Part shown: positions 38,460 to 50,790 of the stretch, piece by piece
Numbering within the stretch: the first letter of the stretch is position 1
Layout of the letters: each line of letters starts with the position of its first letter
Source: Okamejei kenojei
Lineage: Eukaryota
Direction: 5' to 3'
Assembly: GCA_035221665.1 (NCBI GenBank)
Contig: CM069154.1
Location: forward strand, 2,542,001-2,606,000
DNA: 64,000 nt
Position numbers and translations under genes: made by a program
The notes under the pieces: model-generated
What the model was told of the DNA's origin: nothing
The model's database searches: none
What the model saw: only the letters and a program-made list of their open reading frames with translations

Positions 38460-39070
38460 ATACGCTCTTCTCAAGCTTACCCGCAGTCTAGTTCAGTCAA
38501 AAACCACTGATTCAAGCACTGAAACAACTAATCTTTATTTTTGGTTAGCACAACAAATTCCCCTATACGATACCTAAACCAGTGCGGGTTCGATCCTTGT
38601 ATCTACTTGGCCAAGCCCTTCAGCCTCATGCAAGCAGAAACATGCAGTCCCAAGCGCTCTTCCAGAAGATCGACAAAGGACCTTGTGGGGGCCTGCCTTT
38701 TATAGGTCCCCGAACCTCGAGGGGGCGAACTACATAGGGGTGGTCTCTTTACAATCCAATCAAACATGTTAATTACATCAGTACATTATAGACAGTTCCC
38801 CAGACCAATAACAGAGTCTCCCATACATTGTTTCAGGAGAAGCTTCTGGAAGAAGCTAACATCTTAAATAATGCAACATTTACCCTGGAATTCAAACAAA
38901 GCTGCCAGGGCTCAACACTTTAACCAATCAACAAACAGCAGGGTAACTGTCTGGCAACATTATTTACAATATTTACAATGCTGTTGCAGAAAACCAATCA
39001 ATTTCATGCATTTTACACTTCCTTGGACGTCTTTTGAAGAAATCTCATTCATTCTGTCAATTGAGGAGAT
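38460..39070 (-). mobile_element. Possible solo LTR
   Basis: Minus-strand order CCAAT-type box (about 38755), CCTATAAAA (about 38700), AATAAA (about 38535); termini not resolved. Confidence 0.4.
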
Positions 39071-39071
39071 A

Positions 39072-41295
39072 CTAAAGAAAGGTAACTTTGAGGGTATGAG
39101 ACGTGAATTGGCCAAGATGGACTGGCAATTGATTCTTGAAGGGTTGACAGTGGATATGCAATGGAAGGCATTTAAAGATTGCATGGATGAACTACAACAA
39201 TTGTTCATCCCAGTATGACAAAAGAATAAATCAGGGAAGGTGGCGCATCCGTGGATAACGAGGGAAATCAGGGATAGTATCAAAGAAAAAGATGAAGTGT
39301 ACAAATTAGCCAGAAAAAGCAGCCTACCAGGGGACTGGGAGAAATTCAGAGACCAACAGAGGAGGACAAAGGGCTTAATTAGGAAAGGGAAAATGGAGTA
39401 TGAAAGAAAACTGGCAGGAAACATAAAAACTGACTGCAAAAGTTTTTATCGATATGTGAAGTGCAAAAGATTAGTTAAAACAAATGTAGGTCCCTTGCAG
39501 TCAGAAACGGGTGAATTGATCACGGGGAACAAGGACATGGCAGACCAATTGAATAACTACTTTGGTTCTGTCTTCACTAAGGAAGACATAAATAATTTGA
39601 CGGAAATAGCAGGGGATCGCGGGTCACATGAGATGGAGGAAATGAGTGAAATCCAGGTTAGCCGGAAAGTGGTGTTGGGTAAATTGAATAGATTAAAGGC
39701 CGATAAATCCCCAGGGCCAGATAGGCTGCATCCCGAGGTACTTAAGGAAGTAGCCCCAGAAATAGCAGATGCCTTAGTGTTAATTTTTCAAAACTCTTTA
39801 GATTCTGGAGTAGTTCCTGAGGATTGGAGGGTAGCTAATGTAACCCCACTTTTTAAAAAGGGAGGGAGAGAGAAAACGGAGAATTACAGACCAGTTAGTC
39901 TAACATCGGTAGTGGGGAAAATGCTAGAGTCAATTATTAAAGATGGGATAGCAGCGCATTTGGAAAGTGGTGAAATCATTGGACAAAGTCAGCATGGATT
40001 TACGAAGGGTAAATCATGTCTGACGAATCTTATTGAATTTTTTGAGGATGTAACTAGTAGAGTGGATAAGGGAGAAGCAGTGGATGTGTTGTATCTGGAC
40101 TTTCAGAAGGCTTTCGACAAGGTCCCACACAAGAGATTGGTATACAAACTTAAAGCACACGGTATTGGTGGTTCAGTATTGATGTGGATAGAGAACTGGC
40201 TGGCAGACAGGAAGCAAAGAGTAGGAGTGAACGGGTCCTTTTCAGGATGGCAGACAGTGACTAGTGGGGTGCCGCAAGGCTCAGTGCTGGGACCCCAGCT
40301 ATTTACAATATACATTAATGATTTGGACGAGGGAATTAAATGCAACATCTCGAAGTTTGCGGATGACACGAAGCTGGGGGGCAGTGTTAGACGTGAGGAT
40401 GCTAGGAGGCTGCAGGAGACTTGAATAGACTGGGTGAGTGGGCAAATGCATGGCAGATGCAGTATAATGTGGATAAATGTGAGGTTATCCACTTTGGTGG
40501 CAAAAACAGGAAGGTAGACTATTATTTGAATGGTGACCGATTAGGAAAAGGGGAGATGCAGCGAGACCTGGGTGTCATGGTACACCAGTCATTGAGAGTA
40601 GGCATGCAGGTGCAGCAGGCAGTGAAAAAAGCGAATGGTATGTTGGCATTCATAGCAAAAGGATTTGAGTACATGAGCATGGAGGTTCTACTGCAGTTGT
40701 ACAGGGTCTTGGTGAGGCTACACCTGGAGTATTGCGTACAGTTTTGGTCTCCTAATCTGAGGAAAGACATTCTTGCCATAGAGGGAGTACAGAGAAGGTT
40801 CACCAGACTGATTCCTGGGATGGCACGTCTTCCATATGAAGAAAGACTGGATAGACTTGGCTTGTACTCGCTGGAATTTAGAAGATTGAGGGGTGATCTC
40901 ATAGAGACTTACAAAATTCTTAAGGGGTTGGACAGGCTAGATGCAGGAAGATTGTTCCCGATGTTGGGGAAGGCCAGGACAAGGGGTCACAGTTTAAGGA
41001 TAAGGGGGAAGTCTTTTAGGGCCGAGATGAGAAAATCGTTTTTCACACAGAGAGTGGTGAATCTGTGGAATTCTCTGCCACAGAAGGTAGTTGAGGCCAG
41101 TTCGTTGTCCATATTTAAGAGGGAGTTGGATGTGGCCCTTGTGGCTGAAGGGATCAGCGGTAATGGGAGAAGGCAGGTACAGGATATTGAGTTGGATGAT
41201 CAGCCATGATCATATTGAATGGCGGTGCAGGCTCGAAGGGCCGAATGGCCTGCTCCTGCACCTATTTTCTTTGTTTCTATGTTTCTATGTTTCAT
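39072..41295 (+). mobile_element. CR1 LINE, 5'-truncated ORF2
   Basis: ORFs 39240-40424 and 40421-41209 (FADDTK); (TTTCTATG)n tail. Confidence 0.95.
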
Positions 41296-42711
41296 ACATT
41301 TCTTATTTGCAACATTGATCTGGGCCCTAGACTTACTGGCAACATTCAGAAGCTTGTCTTACTTCTGCAGAGTACACAGACCAAAATGGCCGAACAATAC
41401 ATGTCCCTTACTAAATGTTGGTGCTATTACTGCCCTGTTTTAGCCAGGATTTACAGGTAGAGGGGGAGAGGGAGGAGGAGGGGGGTAGAGAGGGGGGAGG
41501 GAGGGTTGAAATGGGGCAAGAGAGGGAGTGTAGATGTGGCAACTTCCCTCCCTACCCCCTCCTCTCCCTCAATCCCCCCACTCTCCTTCCTCACCTCCCC
41601 AGGATCTTTCCCCTCCCTTTCTCCCCTCCCCCAATCCCTCCTTCACTCTCTCTCCATCTCCTTTCCTACCGCCGCAGCTGCTCCATCTCTGCGAGGCCTC
41701 ACTGCCACCGTGACGACCCACGTCGCGATGGTTCACCACTGCCATCTCCATGCACGGAAATCCCTATCAAAACATGGGGGGGACACAGTTCCTTGGCTGC
41801 ACACGCATGCGCACATGCGTGCATGCGGCACACACGCGAGGCTTGGGCCGTGGGCCCTGTGGACGGTAACATCGGGAGCTGACCTGGTTGGTGACCGACT
41901 CCGAACTCCAGCGACAGCAGCTTCGTCCGCCCTGAATCGTGGGGCTTGAATCGGTCCGTTCGCGGGGTCTTTCATTGGCCAGCGGGGGTTTCAACATCGG
42001 GAGCCTCGATCGCCTCGATGCAGTTTAAGCCGCGCCGGGCGCTGAAAGGGCCCGCGTACGGGCTGATTCTGCCCATCAAAAGCGTCTGATAAAGTCCGGA
42101 ATACAAAACATGGGGGGGGGGGGGATCCCTACCTCCCAAAGCATAGGAGGATGTGTCCCCTGCATCCCCCAGGATTTCTGTCCATGGCAACATCTCCTTC
42201 GCTGGCGCAATCGCGACTCCTCTTTGATCGCCGCGAACAACCCCATGCGGGGCGTAGAAGGCCGGGTCAGATAAAGCGGAACATTAATTTAAATGAGGCC
42301 CTCCCCGTGACGTCACTGGAAGCTGATGGTCGACCACTCCCCCTTTGTGACGTCACTCGAAGCGGGTTGAAGGTTTGCCGCTTAAAAAGTTGGTTTACAC
42401 TATTTTTAAAATGCTATAACTTGTGAACTACAGCATGTAATGTGAAGTGGAGCAGTTTATTTTTAATCGGGTTAATGTGATTAATAATCTGTGAAAACTT
42501 CTACGCTAGCGCATGGCGTTTTGATGAAGGTAGAAAGACACAGACAACACACACACACGTATACACATTACAAGATGAGACTTTTAACAGTATAGAGATG
42601 AGAGGCATCGATAAGGGAGATAACCAGAACCAATTTCCCAAAGGCTTTGGAGAGGGTGCAGAAGAGGTGTTTCCCAGAATGATGCCTGGATTGGAGGCTG
42701 TTGGTTATGCT

Positions 42712-43476
42712 GTAAGGGAGTGGGGCGGAGTGATTGAGCGAGAGTAGGTGGTAGGGAGGGAGAGGGGGGAATCTGAGGGGGATGAGGAGGGAGAGTGGGG
42801 GAGGAGGAGGAATAGAGGGAGAGGAGGGGCGTTGACCCGACAATGAAATCACAATGGGATCTCAGCTGCCAATCAACAGTGTTGAGATAAGCTCCAGCCA
42901 GTGCAATGAGAGATTTCTTACATCGTTTTAAGGAGAGGTAGGGAGGGGAGGTGAGGGAGAGAGTGACTGAGGGTAGGGAAAAGGAGAGGGAGGGAAAGGT
43001 GAGGGAGGGAGTGACTGAGGGTAGGGAAAAGGAGAGGGTGGGAGAGGTGATGGAGGGAGTGGAGAAAGGGAGGAGGAGAGGCGAGAGAAGGAGGAGAGTG
43101 AAGAGGAGGGGGAGGGAGTGTACGAGACCCTGCGCAGTTGTGGGCTATGGGTGAGTGGTGGAAAATTGCGTTGGGGGAATTTGTACATCGCAATGGAATC
43201 TCAGTTAGATTTCTTGGGAGGAGGTTTCTCATTGTAGGGGGTGAAATAGGGGAGAGGTTTTATTTACTCCTTACTCATTTACAAAATAATCACGATTGTG
43301 GGGAGGGGTAGGAAGGGGGGGAGCTCCCCGTTTCATTGGGGGGGGGTTGGAATAAGAGAGAGGTTTCATTTCCAGAATTTTACTTGTGGGGTGGTGGGGT
43401 CAGTATTGGGGGCTATGGGTGAGTGGTGGAATATTACGTTGGGGGAATGGAGCCCAACGGGTCCCACTTGGTCTAG
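42712..43476 (+). mobile_element. Helitron-like non-autonomous element with purine-rich low-complexity core
   Basis: Ends with hairpin-like CCCAACGGG, then CTAG|T at 43473-43477; related pieces at 38120-38250, 48500-48610 and about 52000. Confidence 0.45.
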
Positions 43477-43913
43477 TAATCATTATTTATTTAATGTTTC
43501 ATGTTTACACCAATCTTTCCACCACCACACACAAGCAGCACAAGAAGCGACAAGACAGACACCATTTTATGCAGATGCCAAGAAGTGTGTACAGCTCTGG
43601 CTGAACAACTAATCTTGTGTGTGGACTCGATAAGAAAAGTATTTAATATCTTAGTGTAATACAGTCACAGAGTGATACAGCATGGAAACAGGCATTTCGG
43701 CCCAACTTGCCCACATTGGACAACATGCCCCAGCTACACTAGTCCCACCTGTCCGGGTTTGGTCCATATCCCTCCAAATCTGACCTATCCATGTTCCTGG
43801 CTAACTGTTTCTTAAATGTCGGGATAGTTTCTGCCTCAACTGCGATGGTTGGCCAGAGCGAGACATGGTGGAGACACAAGCAGGATGTGTTGTTCTTGTT
43901 AAACGTTAACGGC

Positions 43914-44050
43914 TGATGCAACGACACGTTTGGCAGAGGGTGGAGAGGTCGCGGCTGACTCCGGCCAATGCTCCGTGGGAGGCAGTGATTGGTTGAAAGT
44001 ACGTGAGCGCAGGCAATGAGGGTCAGGAGAAGCCGGGAGTAGGTATAAAA
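43914..44050 (+). promoter_or_regulatory. Promoter of Ig-gene copy 3
   Basis: TGATGCAAC 43914; perfect reverse ERSE 43974-43992; TACGTG 44000; TATAAAA 44044. Confidence 0.7.
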
Positions 44051-44698
44051 GGAGCGAGCGATGGCAGGAGATGTAAACAAGACCGGCCTCGTCACCCTGT
44101 GTGGAGACTCCGGAGCTGGTAACCACCCCAGCGGATCCTTCAAGTGTCTGTGAGTGATGGGGGTGGGATTGCCTCTGTTCACTGTTCCCCCAGTTCAGAA
44201 GCCTGATAGCAGAGGGGAAGAAGCTGTTCCTGAGTCTGGTGGTGCGCGCTTTCAAGCTTCTGTACCTTCTGCTAGACAGGACCAGGGAGAAGGAGGAATG
44301 ACCGGGGTGGGACAAGTGATGGAGTCATAGAGTCATATAGCGAGTCCTTCGGCCCAACTTGCCCGCGCCCACCAACTTGTCCCATCTAAACTAGACCCAC
44401 CTGTCTGCGTTAGGCCCTTACCCCTCTAATCCTGTCCTATCAATGTACCTGTCTAACTGTTTCTTAATCATTGTGATAGTACCTGCCTCAACTACCTCTC
44501 CCGGCAGCTCGTTCCAAACACCCTCCACCCTTTGTGTAATAAAGTCACCCCTCAGTTTCCCATTAAATCTTCCCCCCCCCCCCACCTTAAACAGATGCCC
44601 TCTGGTTCTCGATTCCCCAACTCTGGACGGGTCAGAGAATGTCATCATGAATCCTACTGAGTTGCAATAAGGTGACCCATTGTTTCACCCACAGGAAC

Positions 44699-45238
44699 AT
44701 GGGACTGCAGAGATGGATAGGATTCATGGTCCTTGTGGAGATGGTGTGGCAAGTCTCCGGAACTGGAACAGGTCCGATCTCCAGAGAATGGGGAGAGGAG
44801 GCAAACTTGCCCGGGTGGAACGCACGGGCTCCTCGTCAAGTCAACGATGGACAGATTTCAAGATGCACGGACAAGCCAGGTTCCAACAGTGATCACCATG
44901 AATTGATTGGCACGAATATGCTCTATGCATCTCTGGGTGATATTATTACGCTGCCCTGTAAAGTATCCCAAGATTACAATCAACTCTCGAATGTTACTTG
45001 GAGAAAAGAGGGTGTTATCATTGCCAGGTATGCTATTAAACCGTCTGACAAATATAAGCGATCTGTTGGCCGCTGGAGGTTTGAGCATCCAGATGTCCAT
45101 GTGAAACAGGATGCCTCGTTGATCCTGGCAGGCGTACAAGAGAATGATGCAGCGTCATATTCCTGTGTCTGGTCCACTGTTGATAATAAGGAATGTGAAG
45201 TATGGACCTGGCTGACAATCAATGAAAACGCCCACTGA
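44699..45238 (+). CDS. Predicted secreted single V-type Ig-domain prepro-protein, copy 3 (179 aa)
   Basis: Same acceptor, Kozak, signal peptide and RAPR as copy 1; Ig motifs ITLPC, VTW, DASLIL, DAASYSC, TWLTI. Confidence 0.8.
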   Translation: MGLQRWIGFMVLVEMVWQVSGTGTGPISREWGEEANLPGWNARAPRQVNDGQISRCTDKPGSNSDHHELIGTNMLYASLGDIITLPCKVSQDYNQLSNVTWRKEGVIIARYAIKPSDKYKRSVGRWRFEHPDVHVKQDASLILAGVQENDAASYSCVWSTVDNKECEVWTWLTINENAH

Positions 45239-45915
45239 TTCAGCAGGGTCCGTAGCAAAGTCTAGTTTAGTTTAGTTTAGTTTAGAGACAGGCCCTTTGG
45301 CCCACGGAGAGAAGGGAAGTCAGGGACAGTATAAAAATAAAAGAGAACAAGTATAACACACGTATAACAAGGGGAAATCATGCTTGACTAATTTTCTGGA
45401 ATATTTTGAGGCTGTATCTAGGAAAATGGACAAGGGAGAGCCAGTGGATGTAATAGTGTACCTGGACATTCAGAAAGCATTTGATAAGGTCCCACATAGG
45501 AGATTAGTGGGCAATATTAAAGCAAATGGTATTGTGGGAAGGGTCTTTTTCCGTGCTGTAGGACTCTATGACACGAAGTAGGGAATAGTAAAGGTATAAG
45601 GATGAGCAGCATGGAAGGTTTGAGCGTGGATCGCATGCAGTGAGGAGAACTGACCCTGTTTGCACCAGTAAATGTACGTTTAATGGAAATAAACTCGCTT
45701 CTGCCTGCCCTGAAGTCAGCCGGTGTGAGTGATTCTTTGTACGCCAGCATTGAGGTGAGTGTGAACTTTGTGCAACTCCTGCTCACTACGGGCAACATTG
45801 CCAGATTAAGTGTCATGGAGTTGCCTTTAAATTAGTTTAGTTTAGTTCTGTTTTGCTTAGAGATACAGCGTGGAAACAGGCTCTTCGGCCTACTGTTTCT
45901 GTTGCTTAGTGATAC

Positions 45916-47695
45916 CGCCTGCGGACGTGGCGCCGAAGGCAAATAACCAAATGTAAACGAAGCCCAAACGCCAAGTAACCAAAAGGGTGGGCCGCCTACA
46001 AGCCGTAACCGAATGGCCGCGCTGTCGAAACGCTAACTAACCGAACGGCCGCTCAGCCGATAGGTCACATAACGGATATGACATCGCCGGGGGGAGGGGG
46101 GCAAGGGGGGGGGGGGCAGTACTTGTCCGCAATTGGTCTAGACCACCCCGTCCATCACGTCTGACCACACTAATGCAGAGCGGCTATGGAAGTTGAGAAA
46201 ACTGGCACTGACAGCGGTCCATGTGAAAGGGCAGCATCTACCAACAATGACGGCACTATGAAACCAGCTGCCGCAAACCCTTCCCACAGGACTTGGTATT
46301 AACTCGGCATTAAAAGTCATAAAAGAGTTACATTGATTTAAAATGTTACATGTATAAATAGTTCTTACACTCGGGAACCTGGTTATTTAAGTGGTGGGAT
46401 TATTTCCCTGTCCTAACTATGCCTTTGCTTTAGCCGGTGGTCACATCCATTCCATCCCTCCCTCACAAAGATGTGAGCTTTCATTAAGAGCACACTTGGA
46501 TGAATAGATGCAAGCGGCATGTAAAGCGTCTCTTCCATGCGCGCAATACATGAAGCCGGTGAAATGAGACAACTGTCACACCAAAGGTAGACACAAAATG
46601 CTGGAGTGACTCAGTGGGACAGGCATCATCTCTGGAAGGAAGGAATGGCTAGCGTTTCGGGTCGAGACCCTTCAGACTCAGTCTTCAGGTCTGAAGAATT
46701 GTCTCGACTGCAGACATCACCCATTCCTTCTCTCCAGAGATGCTGCCTGTTCTGCTGAGTTACTCTAGCTTTTTGTGTCCATCTTCGGTTAAAGCAGTTT
46801 ACAGATTATCTGGTGTTTTGTGCGTGGGAGCTTGCTGTGTGCGTTACGCAGGCAACCAGACGTAAATAAATAAAACGTGCTTCGTGTTGTCAGGTGGGGG
46901 GGAGTGGGAGGAGGTTAAATTGTTCATTGTCATGTACACTTGTCCGCCAGGGAATTTGTGTTCCCCCCTCCATGTTTTAAAAGCGATTTACTATGGCTGC
47001 CAATGCCCCGGGCCGTCTGTCCCCACGGCCGGGGTGGGGGTGAATCACCCGGTGTGGGTGTCGGGGGTAAATCACCCCATGTGTGGGTCAGGGTCCGGGG
47101 GTCGGGAGGGGGGGGAAATCACCATGGTGTGGGGATTGGGGTCAGTGACTCTGGGTGGGCGGTGGGACCAGCCTGTTCCACACCTCTGCTCCAGCCGGCG
47201 CTGCCGACACACAGCCCGTCACAGTGTGGCCACACGAGGGAGACGAGGTGAAGGGCAGCCACGGCCATGGCCCTGGGGGGATGCGCTTACTTCGGCCACT
47301 TACAAGTTTACAAGTTGGTGCTCGGGTTCAGAGTGCCCAGTCACCTATGGCTTGTGTGGGAAAATGGCCCCCACCTTCCCTTCTCCACCGGCCAGTGATA
47401 TGATGGACGCGGGGGTCTGGACCAATCGCTGACAAGTCCTTCCCCCACCCCCCACGGCGACGTCATGTCCGTTATTTGACTTCGGCAGAGCGGCCATTGG
47501 GTTAGTTGGCCTTTCAGCTTCGTACGCTTACGGTTATTTGGCTTCCACTTCTTTGGTTTGGCTGGGGTACACAAAAAGCTGGAGAAACTCAGCGGGTGCA
47601 GCAGCATCTAAGGAGCGAAGGAGATAGGCGACGTTTCGGGCCGAGACCCTTCTTCAGACTGGCTTCTTGGCCTTCGACGCCACGTCCGGGTACCC
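45916..47695. mobile_element. TIR DNA-transposon relic (Mutator/Phantom-like)
   Basis: Inverted ends CGGACGTGGCGCCGAAGGC / GCCTTCGACGCCACGTCCG, subterminal AACCGAA-like repeats, imperfect 8-bp TSD (AGTGATAC/AGAGATAC), weak MULE-like peptide VCGSWFH. Confidence 0.5.
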
Positions 47696-48779
47696 AGAGA
47701 TACAGCGTGGAAACAAGCTCTTCGGCCCACCGAGTCCCATCCAACGAGTGATCCCCCGTACACTAGCTCTAACCTACACACTAGGGACAATTTACTGAAG
47801 CCAATTCACCTGCAAATCTGCACACCTTTGCAATCTGAAAAGAAACCAGAGCACCCGGAGGAAACCCACCCGGTCACAGGGAGAACATACAAACACCGTA
47901 CAGACAGTGCCTGTAGTCACAATCGAAGGCGGGTCTCTAGCGCTGTAAGGCAGCAACTCTACCGCTGTGCCACTGTACCACCCATGCATTGCCCTCGTGC
48001 TTTGTTAGGGCTGCTGATTAGATGCCCGTTTTGACCCTCGTTAGGAGTGTGTAGAGACGTGGTGCTAACTCTGCTGACCAGGACGGAAGTCACAAGCTTC
48101 CTTCTTACCTCCGTATGGAGTCTGATCTTCCAGCTAAAGGCCCACACCACCCTGGCCACACTCTCTTATCACCACTACCACAGGAGCCTGAGAACCGTGA
48201 CCTCCACGTTCAAGAGCAGCTTCTTCCCAGCAAGCACAAGGTTGTTGAACCAGCATGCACATCCTGACCACAATCCTACGCCACCCACCTCAACCTTACA
48301 CAACCCCGATGGACACTGCACCACTGGTGATGCCCCACGTACTTTGTCTTGTACTATCATGGTCTGGTTTACTTGGAATAGCTGAGACCTTATTGTGTAC
48401 TATGGTGTAAGTGTAAAATCATAATAGGCCAGGGTAGACAGTGGAGGGCTGCCACTACAGAGACACCCATAGACCTGATAGAATGATATAAAATTACTGT
48501 GCAGACCAAGTGCAGACCCATTAGGTCTGCTCCCCCAAAGCAATATTCCACCACTCACCCGTTCCCCAACACAGTATTCCACCACTCACGCATAGCCCCC
48601 AACTGGACAGGCCCTTTAAGCTACGCCCTCTAGTCTTTGACATTTTCAGTCTGGGGAAAAAGCTGTTCACACTGAACGGAGTCATGGGGAAGAAAGCTGG
48701 ATGTGAGACAAAGTCTGGTCTCGACCCGAAACGTCACCCATTCCTTCTCTCCAGAGATGCTGCATGTCCCACTGAGTTA

Positions 48780-48975
48780 AGGACCTGTCCCAATTTCACG
48801 ACCTAATTCACGACCTTTTTTAATTGTGGACATTTTTCATCATGCTAAAAAAAACGACTAGCATCACGACCTCCTACGACCTACCTACGACCTCATGATG
48901 ACCATGCTGCGAGTATGAGTCAAGGGAAAACTTGGCAGAGGTCGTGAATTAGGTCGTGAAAGTGGGACAGGCCCT
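48780..48975. mobile_element. PIF/Harbinger-like MITE
   Basis: TIRs AGGACCTGTCCCAATTTCACGACCTAATTCACGACC / GGTCGTGAATTAGGTCGTGAAAGTGGGACAGGCCCT; TSD TTA/GTA; the empty site restores CTGAGTTACTCCAG. Confidence 0.75.
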
Positions 48976-49087
48976 GTACTCCAGACATTTTGTGCCTATC
49001 TTCTGGCAAGCGATGAGTGGATTGGATACAGGTGAGGGGAGAATGATTGTCAGATGGGTGAAATAAGCCCTTTGTGAAATTCATCAT

Positions 49088-49136
49088 TTTATTTCTTCAA
49101 TCATAAAATATCAGAGACAATCGAAGTATATTTATT
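49088..49136 (-). terminator. Candidate poly(A) signals of chitinase gene B
   Basis: AATAAA on the minus strand at 49131-49136 and 49088-49093, about 190-235 nt after the stop. Confidence 0.6.
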
Positions 49137-49324
49137 CTCATGTAAATAAAACAAAATTCTAGGTGTGGTTTCTGGAGACATCTCCCATTACCACACTGAG
49201 CCCCAGCCTGTACATGAGTGAAAAGTGTTGCACTAAGTATTCTATATTTAACCTGCTTGAATCTTTCATTCATTTTCCAAGGCAACCTGTGTCCACGAGC
49301 AGTATTTACTGGCAGTGCCGGCCG

Positions 49325-49569
49325 TTAAGGCCAGTTACAACAGTGGCAATTTTCATCGAAGATCAACTCTTGAGGACACATCTCGTGTCGAGTCATCCCC
49401 GCGGCACAGATGTAGAATTTACTGCGGTCTATAGGGTCGGCAAACATCCCCTGTGATTTACCCCGACACCAGACCGCTGCGTCCACCACGCGGCTGATGG
49501 TGGTGACCGGGGTGGCTGGGACCTGGCTGGTGTTGGCAGGATGGACTGTGGTCACCGGTGCTGGACACC
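49325..49569 (-). CDS. chia: Chitinase gene B, last exon: Pro/Thr linker + CBM14 chitin-binding domain
   Basis: tgcag|GG TGT...; WCRGKSQGMFADPIDRSKFYICAAGMTRHEMCPQELIFDENCHCCNWP* with six Cys. Confidence 0.93.
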
Positions 49570-49642
49570 CTGCAGCAAGGATGGAGACAGGCTTCAGAAA
49601 CGTGCAACATTCACACATGGAAAATATATCTTATTCAACATT

Positions 49643-49675
<33 letters not shown>

Positions 49676-50654
49676 CCATATATACACAGAATTAAAAAAA
49701 ATATTTACATGACTTAAATGTTTACATAATCCACACACACACATATATACTGATTTTTTAAATATTTACATGACTTACATTTTTACATATATACACAAAC
49801 ATATGTATGTGTGTGTGCATGTACTGTACGTATGTTTAGGAAGGAACTGCAGATGCTGGTTTAAACCGAAGAACGACACAAAAAGCACAAGGCAGCATCT
49901 CTGGAGAGAAGGAATGGGTGACGTTTCAGGTCAAGACCGTCTGAAGAAGGGTCTTGATCCGAAACGCTTGGCCCATATCCTTCCTAACCTGTTCGATCCA
50001 TGTACCTGTCTAACTCTTTCTTAAACGTTGGGATAGATCAACTACCTCCTCTGGCAGCTCGTTCCGTACACCCACCACCCTCTGTGGGAAAAGCTTGCCC
50101 CTCAGGTTTAGTTCAGTTAAGTTCAAATTAGAAATACAAAAATATGCAGGCTCGTTGGCTTCCGTAGATTTTCCCTCGCGGGTAGGATAGAACTAGTGTA
50201 CTTGTGATCGATGGTCTCGTGGACTCAGTGGGCCAAAAGGCCTGTTTCTATATTGTATCTCAAAACTAAACTAAACCAAACTAAACTGAACTAAACTAAT
50301 CTAATCTAAAGGCAACTCAGTCTGAAGAACTATTCCTTCGCTTCCTAGATGCTGCCTCACCCGCTGAGTTTCTCCAGCATTTTTGTCTACCTGACATGAC
50401 ACTTAAGTTACACAAAAAGCTGGAGAAACTCAGCGGGTGCAGCAGCATCTAAGGAGCAAAGGAGATAGGCGACGTTTCGGGTCGAGACCCTTCTTCAGAC
50501 TGAAGAAGGGTCTCGACCCGAAGCGTCGCCTATATCCCTCGATTCTCCAGCATGACACTTAAGTTCTCAGCTCAGACCTGTTAAAATATTCTGGATTGGA
50601 ACAAGTAAGGGCAGTTCAGTTTGACTTGGGATGCAAATAATAATTGTTCCAAAC

Positions 50655-50790
50655 CGGTAATGTTGAGGAGGGATTTCAATGCGCTGATCAAAGGATAAAC
50701 ACCCTCTTTACATCTTGTTCCACTGAAGTCATCAAAATCTAGAGACCACAACATGGCTCCTCCAAACTTGTTGTTCATCAGCCACTGAGC
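50655..50790 (-). CDS. chia: Chitinase gene B, penultimate exon (136 nt)
   Basis: AQWLMNNKFGGAMLWSLDFDDFSGTRCKEGVYPLISALKSLLNIT; cag acceptor; phase-1 GTTTGG donor is compatible with the last exon. Confidence 0.9.

Noticed and set aside
50581-50654. Read-through tail LEQLLFASQ... giving a CBM-less chitinase B
   Set aside because: The phase-1 donor at 50654 fits the CBM14 exon; intron retention cannot be supported without transcripts
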